Shown here one piece after another: positions 52,880 to 64,000 of a stretch of DNA of 64,000 nt. The stretch lies in NCBI RefSeq assembly GCF_036321535.1, contig NC_087436.1, positions 104,286,001 through 104,350,000 on the forward strand, read 5' to 3'. The stretch is from Camelus dromedarius (taxonomy: Eukaryota). The stretch's first letter is position 1. Each line of letters opens with the position of its first letter. Position numbers and translations under genes: made by a program. Below the pieces are notes generated by a model that had not been told where the DNA came from, made no database searches, and saw only the letters and a list, made by a program, of their open reading frames with translations.

Positions 52880-54300
52880 CTGGTTCAGAATATGCATGTA
52901 TAATCCTGGAAGAGAGCAGGGCGTCCAGAAACAGAATAAAGACAGGTTTAGGAAATATGATAAAGGTGGTATTTCAAATCAAAAGAAAAAGAATGAACTG
53001 CTATTCAACAGAGTATGTTGCAATAATTGACAACCAATTTATTAAATTTAAATGAAGATCCTACTTCATACCAAATAAAATAAAAATAAAATTAAAAGGG
53101 TTAAAATGTATTGGAGAAAAATCAATTATTGATTGCAGGAGATTTTCCTAATGATGAAGTGAAACCAAGAAAACCACTATATTAGGAAAAACTGACAAGT
53201 TTGACTACCTAAAAATGGGGGGAACTCTTCTATTTGGAAAATTAGAATAAAATAAATAACCATGGATCACAATGTAAGTAATCCAATAATCTAAAAGCTT
53301 TCAGGGGACCTGAGATCAAGCAAACAAACAAAAAACAATATAGAGAGTTCCTACAAAATCAGTAAGAAAAAGGCAAACAACTCAATAGGAATATGGTCAA
53401 ATGACATATTAAGGAAATTCACTGAAGAAATATTAATGGTTAGTAAATATTAAAAAGAGCAAACTGCTACCAATAGTAAAAGAAAAGGATTTAAAGTCGC
53501 AACAAGATTTCATTTTCCACCTGCTGTCTGGCAAAAATATAAAAAATTGATTACCTCTGGTATTGGCAAGGATGTTGAGAAATAGGTACTTTATATAAAA
53601 AGTGTATGCAAAGTATACAATTTTGATGACAGTATAAACTGATAAAACATTTTTGGAGTGTTATTTGACAATATCTAAAAAATGAAAAAGTACATATATA
53701 TTTCATCTATGACCCAGAAATTCCACTTTTAGAAACTGAACCTTCAGAAATACTTGTGCCTGTTTATAAAGATAACATATATGAGGATATTTGTTGCTTT
53801 ATTGTTTATAATTATAGAAAATAGACAAAAATTAAGTGCTCATCAACTGGAGAATGATTAAATAAATTATGGTATAAATAGACTATGAACTATCATGTAA
53901 CATTTGGAAAGAATGGAGTAGAACAACGTATGTTGATCCATCATATAATCTTAAGTAAAAATCAAAACTATTGCAGAACAGTACAAAATATCCAATTGCT
54001 GCCCTAAGGGAGTGAAATTTGAGAGTGGGGAAAAGGAGTATTTTTATAAATATATGTACTTTTCATTTCTTCAAAGAATATGTTTGAAATGCAAAAGAAA
54101 TTAGTAGGAAAGATTCAAATATAATTTGTTATATTTCTGGATTCCCTGTTCTGTGATTATTTTCTGGAGAATTGAACTATTGGAGGGTGGGGGTATGTTT
54201 TTAATTTTATGTTCTTTATTTTAAAATTTTGCAGGAAATATGTATTAATATTGTAATAAAAATCTGAGAAAAATTTTTAAAATGCAAAAGAAATAAACAA
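52880..54300 (+). mobile_element. Highly diverged L1ME-like 3' region
   Basis: Decayed ORF2 end ('ctatgacccagaaattccactttta', 'gattaaataaattatggta') and 3' UTR. Confidence 0.65.
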
Positions 54301-54399
54301 AAATATCATCACTAAGGTTGGCAGCTCTTACTGTTTTCTCCTTAATCTCTGTCTCTACAAATAGAATGGCTGAGAGTATTTAGAAGTTGAACGCACTCC

Positions 54400-54650
54400 A
54401 GTTAGCCGAGCTTGATGGCATTTATTCTAAGGTACCCAGGGGATTGGAAAATGCTACTGCAAAGCTATGAACTATTATTTTTTAGTTCTTCAGAAGGACA
54501 AAGGAAGCTTTTAAAAAATGAGAAAGGTCACCATTCTACTCAAAATGAGAAATGGGTGACCTGAGGTTTACAGGCTGGACATTTTTACTCTGTTTTTATC
54601 ACTGGAAAGATATTAGAGAAAAGCCTTAAACAGGTAGAAGTGCAGCTGCT
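54400..54650 (+). mobile_element. CR1/L3 LINE RT remnant
   Basis: 'gagcttgatggcatttattctaaggtac...gacctgaggtttacaggctg...actggaaagatattaga' parallels the CR1 GPDGIHPRVL...NYRPVSLT region. Confidence 0.5.
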
Positions 54651-55664
54651 GGGAGAAACATGAAGTTCTTGGCGGTGCTGGGGAGCAGTAAGGGGGTGAC
54701 ATCACAATGAAGTGGCCCCTGTGCTCTCCAGTCACCCTCAGATGGGTGGGACAGCTGGTCCTTCGAAGGTGGCTCTGAGGAAGAGCAAACACACCAGGGG
54801 CGGAATCAGGTGAGCTGGGTCACGTTGGCTGGGCTGCTTTTGTGCATGTGGGCTGTGATCAGGAGTTGGCCACAGAAACCCAGCTCACCTGGCTTAAGTC
54901 AGAAGGGGTGGGTCTTGGCTCGCTGAGCCGAAACTTCCAGCTGGATCCAGGTTATAAAGAAGCCAACTGTCTTCAACTCCGCGTCCTTCTGCATCAGCTC
55001 CGTTTTCAGTCATCTCTTTCCTCCTGTGGGTCTTCCAGCTTCACAAGCAGTAAAAAAGAAGGCCTTTCTCAGAAACGCTCCCAGGATGAGTTTGGGTTGC
55101 CTCTGAGGAGGTCACTGACCAATCTGCAGTGACGCTCAGGTGGTGTGTTACTCTAATATCCGTTTGTGGAACCATTGACTGATTCAGCCTCACAGGGACC
55201 TCACGCCCTGAGACCGGGGAAGTCGAAGCCAAAAAAATTGGGACAGTGTTTAAAAAAAAGGGGAAATGGATGCCAGGTAAACAACAAGCATCCACCACAA
55301 TCGCATTGGACAAAACACCAAAATCACCTGGGTCTCAGTTTTCTCATCTGTATGATGGGTGTAAAAATACCCATCTCATGAAACTGTGGAGACGATTAAA
55401 GTCAGTGAATGAAAGCATTTGTAATTCAGAGAGCACTATTCAAACAGAAGACATTAATATCACTATTAACCTTGAATAACAGGAAGAAAAAAACTAAATG
55501 AGCAAAGAGAAAAAAAGTAGACAGGAGTGAATCCAGAAAAGATATGTCATTCACAAAAGAAATGAATAGGGCAGTAGGAGAAAAATTAACCAGGGCAACA
55601 AATGAAGGAGTAACACAGCAATCTGCTGGAGAATTATTCCTGGCATTGGCATAGAAAATATCTG

Positions 55665-55894
55665 TCCTTACTAACTATTATATATAAAATAGATAAACAA
55701 CAAGGTCTGCTGTGTAACACAGGGAACTACATTCAGTACCTTGTAATGGCCCATAATGAAAAAGAATATGAAAAGGAATATATATATACATACATATATA
55801 TATCTTTCTGTATAACTGAATCAGTATGCTGTACACTGGAAATTAACACAACACTGTAAGTCAATTATACTTCAATAAAACACAAAAACAAACA
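55665..55894 (+). mobile_element. L1 3' tail
   Basis: Perfect TSD AAAATATCTG at 55655 and 55895. Same tail family as 26575-26860. Confidence 0.88.
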
Positions 55895-56627
55895 AAAATA
55901 TCTGGAACTGAGAGCAGAGGCAATCTCAACATCCTGAGCATGAAGGGGGCTTTCTGTCTTGGCAGCGGAGGGGATGGGGAGCAGCAGCCCCAGACAGTGG
56001 TGGGAACCCAAATGTTAGCGTTCTTCTGTGGACAAGGAAAGCGCTGGACAGTCCTCTCAAAATGTAAATAAAGGCTTACTCGGCCTGCCTCTGTTCCCTG
56101 GCTCCCTGAACGGCCTTGTCGGCACTACACACATTTGGAAAGATAAAGGCATTAAGGTTCGTTTTATGAAAAGCAAACATTTGTCCAACAGTTAACTCGT
56201 TAAGGGCTGCGTGGGCAGGGTCATTAGATAGCACTTTTCTCTCCCGAGGGAAGGGGCCTTTTCACTCCGGTGGTAAAGTGGTGTCTCTGTAGAGTAGCAG
56301 CTTTGAAGGCCAACATCTGGTTTAAATCTCACCTCTGCCCAATCTTTGCTAAGTGCTTCAAGACCTCTGTGCTCCTTTGTCCTTATCTTTAGAATGGGGA
56401 TAACGCAGACACTTGATTTATAGGCATGATGTGAGGAGTCAACACATTAACACCCCAAAACCCCTCAAGTGCAAGCAGCAACCATTAGCCAAGATTCTTA
56501 TTATCACAACTAATCAATGTCACGTCAATCAAGGGGGTTGCTTGTCTGTGCAGGTGTGAAATCAGGATTGCAACGAGACCCAAAATTTCCTTTTGGTTGA
56601 ATTATCTCCTAAACTGAAGAAAAATGA

Positions 56628-56766
56628 GGACAAGGTTATAGCTCAGTGGCAGAGTAAGTGCTTAGCATGCACGAGGTCCTGGGTTCAAACTCTGGTACCT
56701 CCATTAAAAAAAGGGCACTAAAATAGATAGATAGATAGATAAACTTAATCACCACCACCCCACAGA
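56628..56766 (+). mobile_element. tRNA-Ala-derived SINE
   Basis: 'ttatagctcagtggcagag...gcttagcatgcacgaggtcctgggttcaaa'. TSD AAGAA(A/C)AATGA at 56617 and 56767. (AGAT)n in the linker. Confidence 0.88.
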
Positions 56767-57489
56767 AAGAACAATGACCACTTATTAAGATCCCTGAGGG
56801 CAAGACCATGTCCGTCCGTTTATTGCTTCATTTCTGCCACATGGAATAGTGACAGGTACATGTTAGGTGCTCAATATAGCAATTCCACATGCCTTGATTT
56901 ATTCCTCATAACATGAAAAGGTAGATTTTTGTGTTGTTTTGCTTTTTGTATTCTCCGAAAGGTAGATGTTAATCGCGCTTTTACCCACAACCCAAATAAA
57001 ACAAGGCCACCTTAAAAGAAGCACCAGTTTGACCTGCTGGCACTGAAGGCTACGTGACTCTCTACTGAAGGTTGCACTGGGGTGGGAGACGGATGGGGAG
57101 TCGAGGAGGAATCAGAGCCTCGCTGTGTATCAGGACTCCCCTCACTTGGAAACTTTTCATTCTGGAGTGATTTGTTTTTCAGAACCTCCTCAGAGACATT
57201 TGGAATCGACTCATAACTTTATCCATTAAAAAAAAAAGAAATGTATTCATGATTCCTGTAATACGCATTATTAAAAGGCAAGGCTTTTAAAAACAAACGT
57301 GATAAGCTTTCCTTATAACCAAGTAGCTGCTTCTACACTTGCTGCAGTAGCAGCGGACGGATGCCTGTCTGCAGCCTCTGCCTCAATTGATTTTGACTCA
57401 AAGACAGAAGTCCTCAGCATCCTTACTGTTTGGCTTTAGCAATACTTTCTGTGAAATGGTAGTGAAAACCATGGCTTTACGTAGACAAA

Positions 57490-57927
57490 TGGATTTCTTC
57501 ACATTTCTCACACTTCGCTACCTGTGTATTCAAATTACTCACTTGCTCCGTGATTTGGACTTCTCCCCAGTTAGAATTCTCTGCTTGTCAGTAAGGTTGA
57601 GCTCTCACAAAAGACATGGCCAAATTCAGTTTCCCCATGGCTGTGACTTGGCTGATATTAAACCAATGAAATCTGTAACTAAGAAAAGTTTCACCTTCAG
57701 TCCCCAGCATGAATCCTCTGATATGAGTAAGGAGTGACACGGGCTAACGGGGTCTCTATGTTCTTTTTATTTGTAGGGTTTGGTCAATGTATGGATTGCC
57801 AGTGTCTGTTAAAGTCTTCTCTACCTTCCATTATTTACCTGGGAATTCTGAAATGTGGATCGATGTTTGAGCTCTGTCTAAAGGACTTCCTATAAGCATT
57901 GCCTTTGTAGGGCTTTTCTCCAATATG
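57490..57927 (-). pseudogene. Decayed Kruppel-type C2H2 zinc-finger gene relic
   Basis: Minus-strand translations: 57927-57841 HIGEKPYKGNAYRKSFRQSSNIDPHFRIP (28-residue finger spacing), 57723-57700 YQRIHAGD, and 57598-57557 NLTDKQRILTGEKS. Frameshifts and lost zinc ligands throughout. Confidence 0.72.
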
Positions 57928-57930
57928 TTA

Positions 57931-58388
57931 CTTCTTTTCATCTTATCCTTTTAAAATTCATACATAATTTAGAAATAAATAAATATCCTATAGTAGGGAT
58001 ACATGCTCAAAAACTGGGGGCTGATGGGGGATAAATGAAAAATGTTTGAAAACCTGTTTTAGTCTCTCATATTTTGAGTATTCCAGACCCTTTACATTTT
58101 TTCATTTTTTTCATTCATTCACTCATCAGATATTCATTCAGCCCCTATTGTTCTACCCCCGTCCCAGGTGTGCAAATACAACACTGAAATCGGTCATTTC
58201 CTTGCCCTCATAGAATTTCCTGGGAGATATAGATGGTAAGAAAATTATGTAAAATATTTTATATTATATTTATGTAAAATATTTTATGTAAAATATCATA
58301 TTTTATATCTAATATAAAATATACAGATACAATTAAGTCAAGCAGGTCAAGGGGCTAGAGGTGACGGGAGGTGCTATTTTAAATGAGG
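57931..58388 (+). repeat. Local duplication, copy 1 (hAT end + L2 fragment)
   Basis: Colinear with 60838-61274, e.g. 'ttttaaaattcatacata..ttagaaataaataaata..ctatagtagggatacatgctcaaaaa' and 'ggtcatttccttgccctcatagaa'. Confidence 0.9.
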
Positions 58389-58680
58389 AGATGTGACCCC
58401 AGAAGAAAGGCCAAAGCAATGAGATGATGTAAAGACCTCGTTGGCTATTGCTGGCTTTGGAGATGGAGGAAGCCAACCATGAGTCTTCAGAGCTTGCAAA
58501 AGACCAAGAGACACATCCTCTCCTAGATCATCCAGAAAGATACAGCCCTGCCAACACTTACCTTTAGCCCAGTGAGACTGCTCTTGGACTTCCAACCTAT
58601 AGACCTATAAGATGTAAAGTTGTGCTGTTTTAAGCCACAAAGTATTTGGTAATTGTCAGAGCAGCAATAGAAGAGTAACA
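58389..58680 (+). mobile_element. MLT1D-like MaLR 3' half
   Basis: 'gctggctttggagatggagg...cagccctgccaacact...tgtgctgttttaagccac...gcagcaatagaagagtaaca'. Confidence 0.8.
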
Positions 58681-58759
58681 CGGCCAGTTGAACAGTGACT
58701 ATCAACCCTGCAGCCATGACGGTGTATAGGGCGAGAGCCGTCTTTACCCCTTCATCTAC

Positions 58760-59205
58760 AGCAGACATGGGAGCATGCATCTCTAGTCTACCATCGAGAA
58801 TGAACATGCGGTAGCTGACAGCCTTGTGCTGCAGCACCTTTGGCACCTTTGGCACCTTTGACAGCAAGAAGAGTAAGGCCATCCCTCCCTGGGCTGCTCC
58901 CAGCCAGTGTGCGTGGTGGAGGGTACTTGAGCCCAGCCATTGCTGCCAGTGCATGCCTCCTCTCCCGGGCAGTCTGGGCTCTGGGGCTCCCATCAGCCTG
59001 GCCAAGACTCCCTCAGAGCTGCACTGCAGACGAAAGCTTTCATTCAACCTCCTTCCTTCTAAGTTTCTTCACAGATGTCAAACTTCCCTCCTGTTCTTCC
59101 CACTTCCTCTCTCTTTTATTTTACAGGCATTTCCCCAAACAAATCTCTCTACTGCTAATTCCATCTGGGCATCTGCTTCTAGGAAGATGCAAAATGACCC
59201 ATCTT
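58760..59205 (+). mobile_element. Old ERVL LTR (LTR16-like)
   Basis: 3' text 'aaatctctctactgctaattccatctgggcatctgcttctaggaag'. Confidence 0.5.
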
Positions 59206-60837
59206 CTAAGCCCCAGCTCCACAGCTCCCGTGTCCTTGTAAATGGCCAGGAAAAAGGCTCCCACTTGCCCCCTTCTGGCTCACCACCGCCCCTACCTATC
59301 TTTCTTCAATAATGTAATCTGGCTTCTTCTGGTTTCTTTAATTTACCTCTCCCCGTCTCACCTTGGTGGAACACATCTAAAGCCCAGTGACTGATTACAT
59401 AGGCAAAGAATGCTTGCTCATTTCAGGTGTGTTGTATTGTGGAGTGTGTGTGTGTGTGGAGAGAGTGCAAGTATTCATAATCTAGTATCTTTTCTTCTTT
59501 CTCTGTCACATGAAGATAAGGGACCCAAGGCTCAGAAAGGGCACACACTGAGCATGTGATGAAAGCACTTTCAGTTCCAGCTCTTGCTCACGGCAAAGCC
59601 CCTGCTCTTTCAACAGAACCGTGTAACACTCTCGTATGCTTTCGTGGGCACTCCCATGGGCATTTCCTCCAGGATTCAGCTGCATCTCTGGAAGAGCAGT
59701 GCGGAGAATCCTATCAGGACCTATCTGCGTGAAGAACAGAAGCTCACCCCAGGTAAAGTCAAGAGCGCAGACATGATCCAAGCTCTGCAGGATTAGTGCG
59801 GAGGGAGGGCTGGAACTCAACATGAGACCCACTTCCACAGTCTGCCCTGTGATCAGCCCCCAGGGACTCACGCCTGAGTCCTGGGAAGAAGGAATTATAA
59901 CAAACAAGCTGTTTTTCCACGTGTCAGTAAAGATGAAAACACCCAATGTTAGCATATCCAGTTTTAATAAAGCAAGCAAGAAAGACACTCAGAGAACAGA
60001 CACGGCGTGGAAAACATTAACCATAAAAAAGCGCCTCGCAAGGGGGCCAGGAGCAAGAGCAGGCTGGGGCAGGCTGAGCAAAAGAAGCAAACTGCCAACA
60101 AGACAGGAGCAGGAGGAGGCCCAAGGGAGAGCAAGGTAAATGTTCCAGGGAGCAGCTGCTCACCACTCCTGCGGGGCTGACCCCAGTGTTAGGCGCTAGA
60201 ACATTCAGTGCTGGGCAAAGTGCTCTCTATGCTCCGTAAGCAACAAAGATCATTCCACATGAGTGCTCCTCCCTTGGTTTTTTTTCCCCCTCTCATTTAA
60301 AAGGGAGGTTTTGAGAAACTTGCTTTTTTATTTCAACTCCCAGCTTAGCATGGTGCCCAGCATGTGGAGTGTGTTTAATAAATGAATGAGAGCTGGTCTA
60401 TTTAAAATAAAAGTAGCAGCAGGCACTCCAGACAACTTAGAAATTAAAGGAAAGAAGATGCCATCCTCACTCCCAAGCTCCTGTGCTAAAGAAAAGTAGA
60501 AAAGGTTCTACTTGGTCCTAATGCCTGTTCATGTGCTGTTGTTATTTCATGGCTGGGGTCTTCCCCCAGATTCTACATCAGTTGTTCAGGAGGGTCAGCT
60601 CCTTGAACCATTCCCCAGGGGTGACAGGGAGCATCAGCAAAGATGCGGGGAAGGACAATGCCCTCAGAGATTTTCTCGGGGATCCAATAAATCACTGTGT
60701 ATATGCGCTGGTGCCTGCGTTCTTTCTCCGTCTCCAATGCCAGCTTCGATCTAGGCCTTCTCTTACATCACTCCTAATTCAGTGAGCTCCAAAGAGGGTA
60801 CCTGAGAAAATTCATTGATACCTAGGAAGTTCTATTT

Positions 60838-61274
60838 CTCCTTTTCACCTTGTCCTTTTAAAATTCATACATACTTTAGAAATAAATAAATACCCTATAG
60901 TAGGGATACATGCTCAAAAATTGGGGGCTGATGGGGGGGGTAGATGAAAAAAGTTTGGACGCCTGTTTTTGTTTCTCATATTTTGAGCTTTCCAGATCCT
61001 TTAAATTGATTCATTTTTTCATTCGTTCACTCATCACACGTGATACCCCCGTCCCAGGTATGTGAGCGCAACATTAAAATTGGTCATTTCCTTGCCCTCA
61101 TAGAACTTACTGGGAGATATAGACCATAAAAAAAATTTAAGATATTTAATATTATTGTAAATCAGCTACACTTCAATTTAAAAAAATATTTAATGTTATA
61201 TAGTAACAGATAAAATTAAAAAATCAAGCAAGTTAAGGGGCTAGAGAGGATGGGAGGGGCTATTTTAGATGAGG
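60838..61274 (+). repeat. Local duplication, copy 2 (carries an extra 31 bp L1 tail at 61155-61185)
   Basis: Colinear with 57931-58388. TSD ATATTTAAT(A/G)TTA at 61142 and 61186 flanks the L1 tail. Confidence 0.88.
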
Positions 61275-61505
61275 TGGTTGGGGGAGGTCTCTCTGCGAAG
61301 GTGGAGATCAAGTACAGGTTTTAGACAGAGCATAAGCCAAACAAGGGCAGGATAGGCTGCTGTAACAAAGACACCCCACAGTACAGCTGCTTTAACAGGT
61401 TAGATATTTATCTCCCTCTCACCCAACAGACTAAATATAAGTAATCTAGAGCTGATAGGATAGGAACCTGGAATCTTTCTCTGGCTTATCTGCCATCCCC
61501 TAGAA

Positions 61506-61729
61506 CAGGAGTCAGCAAACCATGACCCATTCATGGGCCAAGTCTAGCTCACTGTCTGTTTTCATCAATAAAGTTTTATTGGAACACAGCCATGCCCATT
61601 CCTTTATATATAGTCTTGCTTCCTTCATGCTCTAAGTGGAATTGAGTAGTTGCAACAGAGAACACAACGCTCATAAAGTCAAAAAAATTTACGCTCTGCC
61701 CCTTCACTGAAAAAGTTTGCCAAGCCCTG
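61506..61729 (+). mobile_element. MER58A hAT-Charlie MITE
   Basis: TIRs CAGGAGTCAGCAAAC / GTTTGCCAAGCCCTG. Core 'aataaagttttattggaacacagccatgccc'. Confidence 0.88.
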
Positions 61730-63439
61730 CTTTAGCTTATTGTTTGGAGAACACATTTTAAGGGTCACCTTTCCCTGTCATTAAGCAGATAACTTCACTG
61801 ATGCAGGGAAGTCCCAGCAAGGAAAGGCAGGGGCCATTTCCCTTGTCCTCATTGTCAAGGTCATTCAGAAGGGCTGGGGATTAAGAGTGTACAGTAGATC
61901 CTGTAGTCCTCATCTGCACTCTCCCCTCCTCCGATAATGGGATCTTTGTGTTGTGACCCCATCAGAATCACCATCCTCAGAAACACCTTCATCCTGCACC
62001 CCGGTCCTCCCTCCTCATTGCTATCTAGTCTAGATGCCCCAGGGACAAGGTAGCAAGGCCCAGCTAGGGGGCAAATGAGGTTCTGATGTGCCTATAACCC
62101 TGTCAGTATAGGAGGGGCCACAGCATGCAGGTCTCTGAGCTACAAAGCCTATGAATGATTTGCATTGTGAAATAAGGAAACCCCAGCAGGCCAGTCAGGG
62201 AAGCAGCCAGCAGGGCAGGATAGTCAGAGGGGATCTGTGGGGCAGATCTACCTGAAACACCACCTCCAGCAGGCAAGCACCAGCAGGCCTGGGCCCACGT
62301 GACCCTCCCAGCTTCAGAGGCCAGTGCTCCACTGATGGACTGCACCACCGCCAGGCTGGCCAAAGGCCCAGGAGAAGAATGTGGATCTGCAGCATGTCAA
62401 GATTTCACAAAGAGAGAAAGGCAAAAAAGGAGCCTCTTCTATCCATCCCCCGTGTTTGTGAAGTTGGTCAAGAGTGAAGCAACTCAAATAACTTCATGAT
62501 TTGTGGCTATGAGGTCTGACATCATCATATCTCATTGTCAGAGTAATGTTTAAATCGCAGATAAAATAAAGAGCATGGGGCTTGAATTATTATGCATAGA
62601 TTATTTTAAGAGGCCGTGGTGCCTCTTCCAAAGTCTTGAGGGGGCAGGACCATCTTTGATCTAGTAGCCTGTATTATATCAGTATTCCCCACCTCCCCAC
62701 CACCATCTTGGAGTCAAGTTACGAGGGATACATTAGACCCAAGGGAAGAAGCCGTGATGTGAGATGCCGCTGCACTTGGGATCTGATAATCCCCTAATCC
62801 AAAAGTGTCTAGCCTGGGTCTCTGTGCTAATCATGCAATATGAAAGGTTCGGTGAAAGGAACCAGTTGCACTGTGTTCATTGCTGTGAAACAAGAGGGGA
62901 GAACTGGTAGATTATAGGGAAAAGAAGGGGCGGGGCGGGGGTCACCCTGGCCAATTACTGAGAGTCAGTGTGAGTGAGCAAAGCTGCTTCAGATGAACAG
63001 GGCTGACAGACAAACAGCGCTGCATCCCTCCAGATACCCAACTCCCCTGGTTTCTCTATTTCCCGGACCAGGTCCACACTCAGGAAAACCCAGATGGGGT
63101 TTGTTCTAAGGAGAATATGACTGATAAGAGCCTATTGTGTCCCAATCCTGAACATCTGCTTTTTCACAAGGATGAAAGATGGAATCTGGTGCTTGGAAGG
63201 GAGGACATTCAAAAGCCAAGCAGGAGAGGCTTGGAGGGGGTACATCTTCCAATGCCCCTTATGGATAGCTGCTTCCCGAGCCCCGGAGTTCAGGGAGGCA
63301 CCTGCAGGCATTCTGGCCTTCTGCAGGGCGCAGAGAGGGGAAGTCAGAAAAGGGAAGCCTGGGAAAAGGATCCTATCCCAAGAGAGGGGAAAAAGGAGTT
63401 TTGTTTTGTTTTTTTTAAAGTTTTTATAGTGCAAAGGTG

Positions 63440-64000
63440 AGAATGTTCGACAAAGCCACTCCGGAAAACAGTTTGGCAATTTCGTAAAAAGTTATATACA
63501 TAAGACTCAGCAATACCACTCCTGGGAATTTGCTCTAGAGGAAGTAAAACATAGGTTCACATAAGAACTTGGACATGAGTGTTCATAGCAGCTCTACTTA
63601 ATTAATTGCCCTAAACTGGAAACAACCTAAATTGTCTTCTGTAGGTGAGTGGATAAATTCTCTGTGCTTCAGCCACACAAAGGCATACTTCTCAGCATGA
63701 AAAGGACAAACTATTGATACACACAACAACTTGAATGGGACTCCAATGCATTATACTGAATGACAGAGACTAGTCTTAAAAGGTTCACACTGTATGGTTC
63801 CCTTTATGTGACATTCTCAAAAGACAGAATGATAGTGATGGAGAGCAGACCAGTGATTACCTGGGGTTGAGGTAGAGGACAGTGTGACTGTAAAGGAAAG
63901 TGAGGGAGGATTTAATGATAATTGAATAGTTCTGTCACTTGATTATGGTAATGAGTACACAAAATCTACACATACCCTAAAATTCATAGAACTCTATATA
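63440..64000 (+). mobile_element. Old L1 (L1MB/MC-like) 3' end, runs off the window
   Basis: 'cagcaataccactcctgggaattt', 'aactggaaacaacctaaa' and 'ccagtgattacctgggg'. Confidence 0.8.

Noticed and set aside
56628..56705. tRNA-Ala gene
   Set aside because: It has a SINE tail and TSD, mismatched stems and five sibling copies, so it is a SINE rather than a tRNA. The same applies to the other copies.
58523..59312. Longest ORFs in the track (174 and 162 aa)
   Set aside because: They lie within MaLR/ERVL LTR sequence and have no recognisable domain.
59506..60139. 160 aa (-) ORF and overlapping ORFs as a SCAN domain or novel exon
   Set aside because: Only a faint resemblance (LPEMQ...ESIRECYTVLLKE), with no hallmark SCAN residues and no convincing splice structure. 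An HMM search would be needed.
44290..64000. CCKAR exons expected from human synteny
   Set aside because: No GPCR-like peptide or MDVVDSLL-type start was seen. The gene is presumably outside the window.
1..64000. CRISPR array, prokaryotic operon or defence system, rRNA
   Set aside because: No regularly spaced repeat-spacer units, no dense coding and no rRNA motifs. The short direct repeats are TSDs.

Overview
Mammalian genomic DNA, very probably camelid: there are six copies of a tRNA-Ala-derived SINE matching the camelid vic-1 type. The only intact gene sequence I recognise is the first coding exon of TBC1D19 on the minus strand (11697-11795, MLQEESDLSLIIAQIVQKLKGSNLYAQLERQAW|gtaagt). It lies in a CpG island with a near-perfect RFX X-box. 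Bases 1-11.6 kb are TBC1D19 intron 1, made almost entirely of nested L1 fragments antisense to the gene. Bases 12-64 kb are upstream intergenic DNA (towards CCKAR if human synteny holds; no CCKAR exon seen), filled with L1, L2, CR1, MIR, MaLR/ERVL, ERV1 LTRs and DNA-transposon fossils. The most notable non-obvious items are: a decayed C2H2 zinc-finger gene relic (57.5-57.9 kb); an adjacent ~450 bp local duplication (57.9 kb and 60.8 kb); a multi-layer nested TE stack at 40-43 kb; 31-94 bp L1 tail insertions with target-site duplications (TSDs); a fossil Charlie/hAT transposase; and an ERV env-TM/PPT/LTR remnant. I see no evidence for a new multi-gene system. Repeat family names come from recalled consensus sequences and need RepeatMasker/Dfam confirmation. 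Boundaries of old repeats are approximate.
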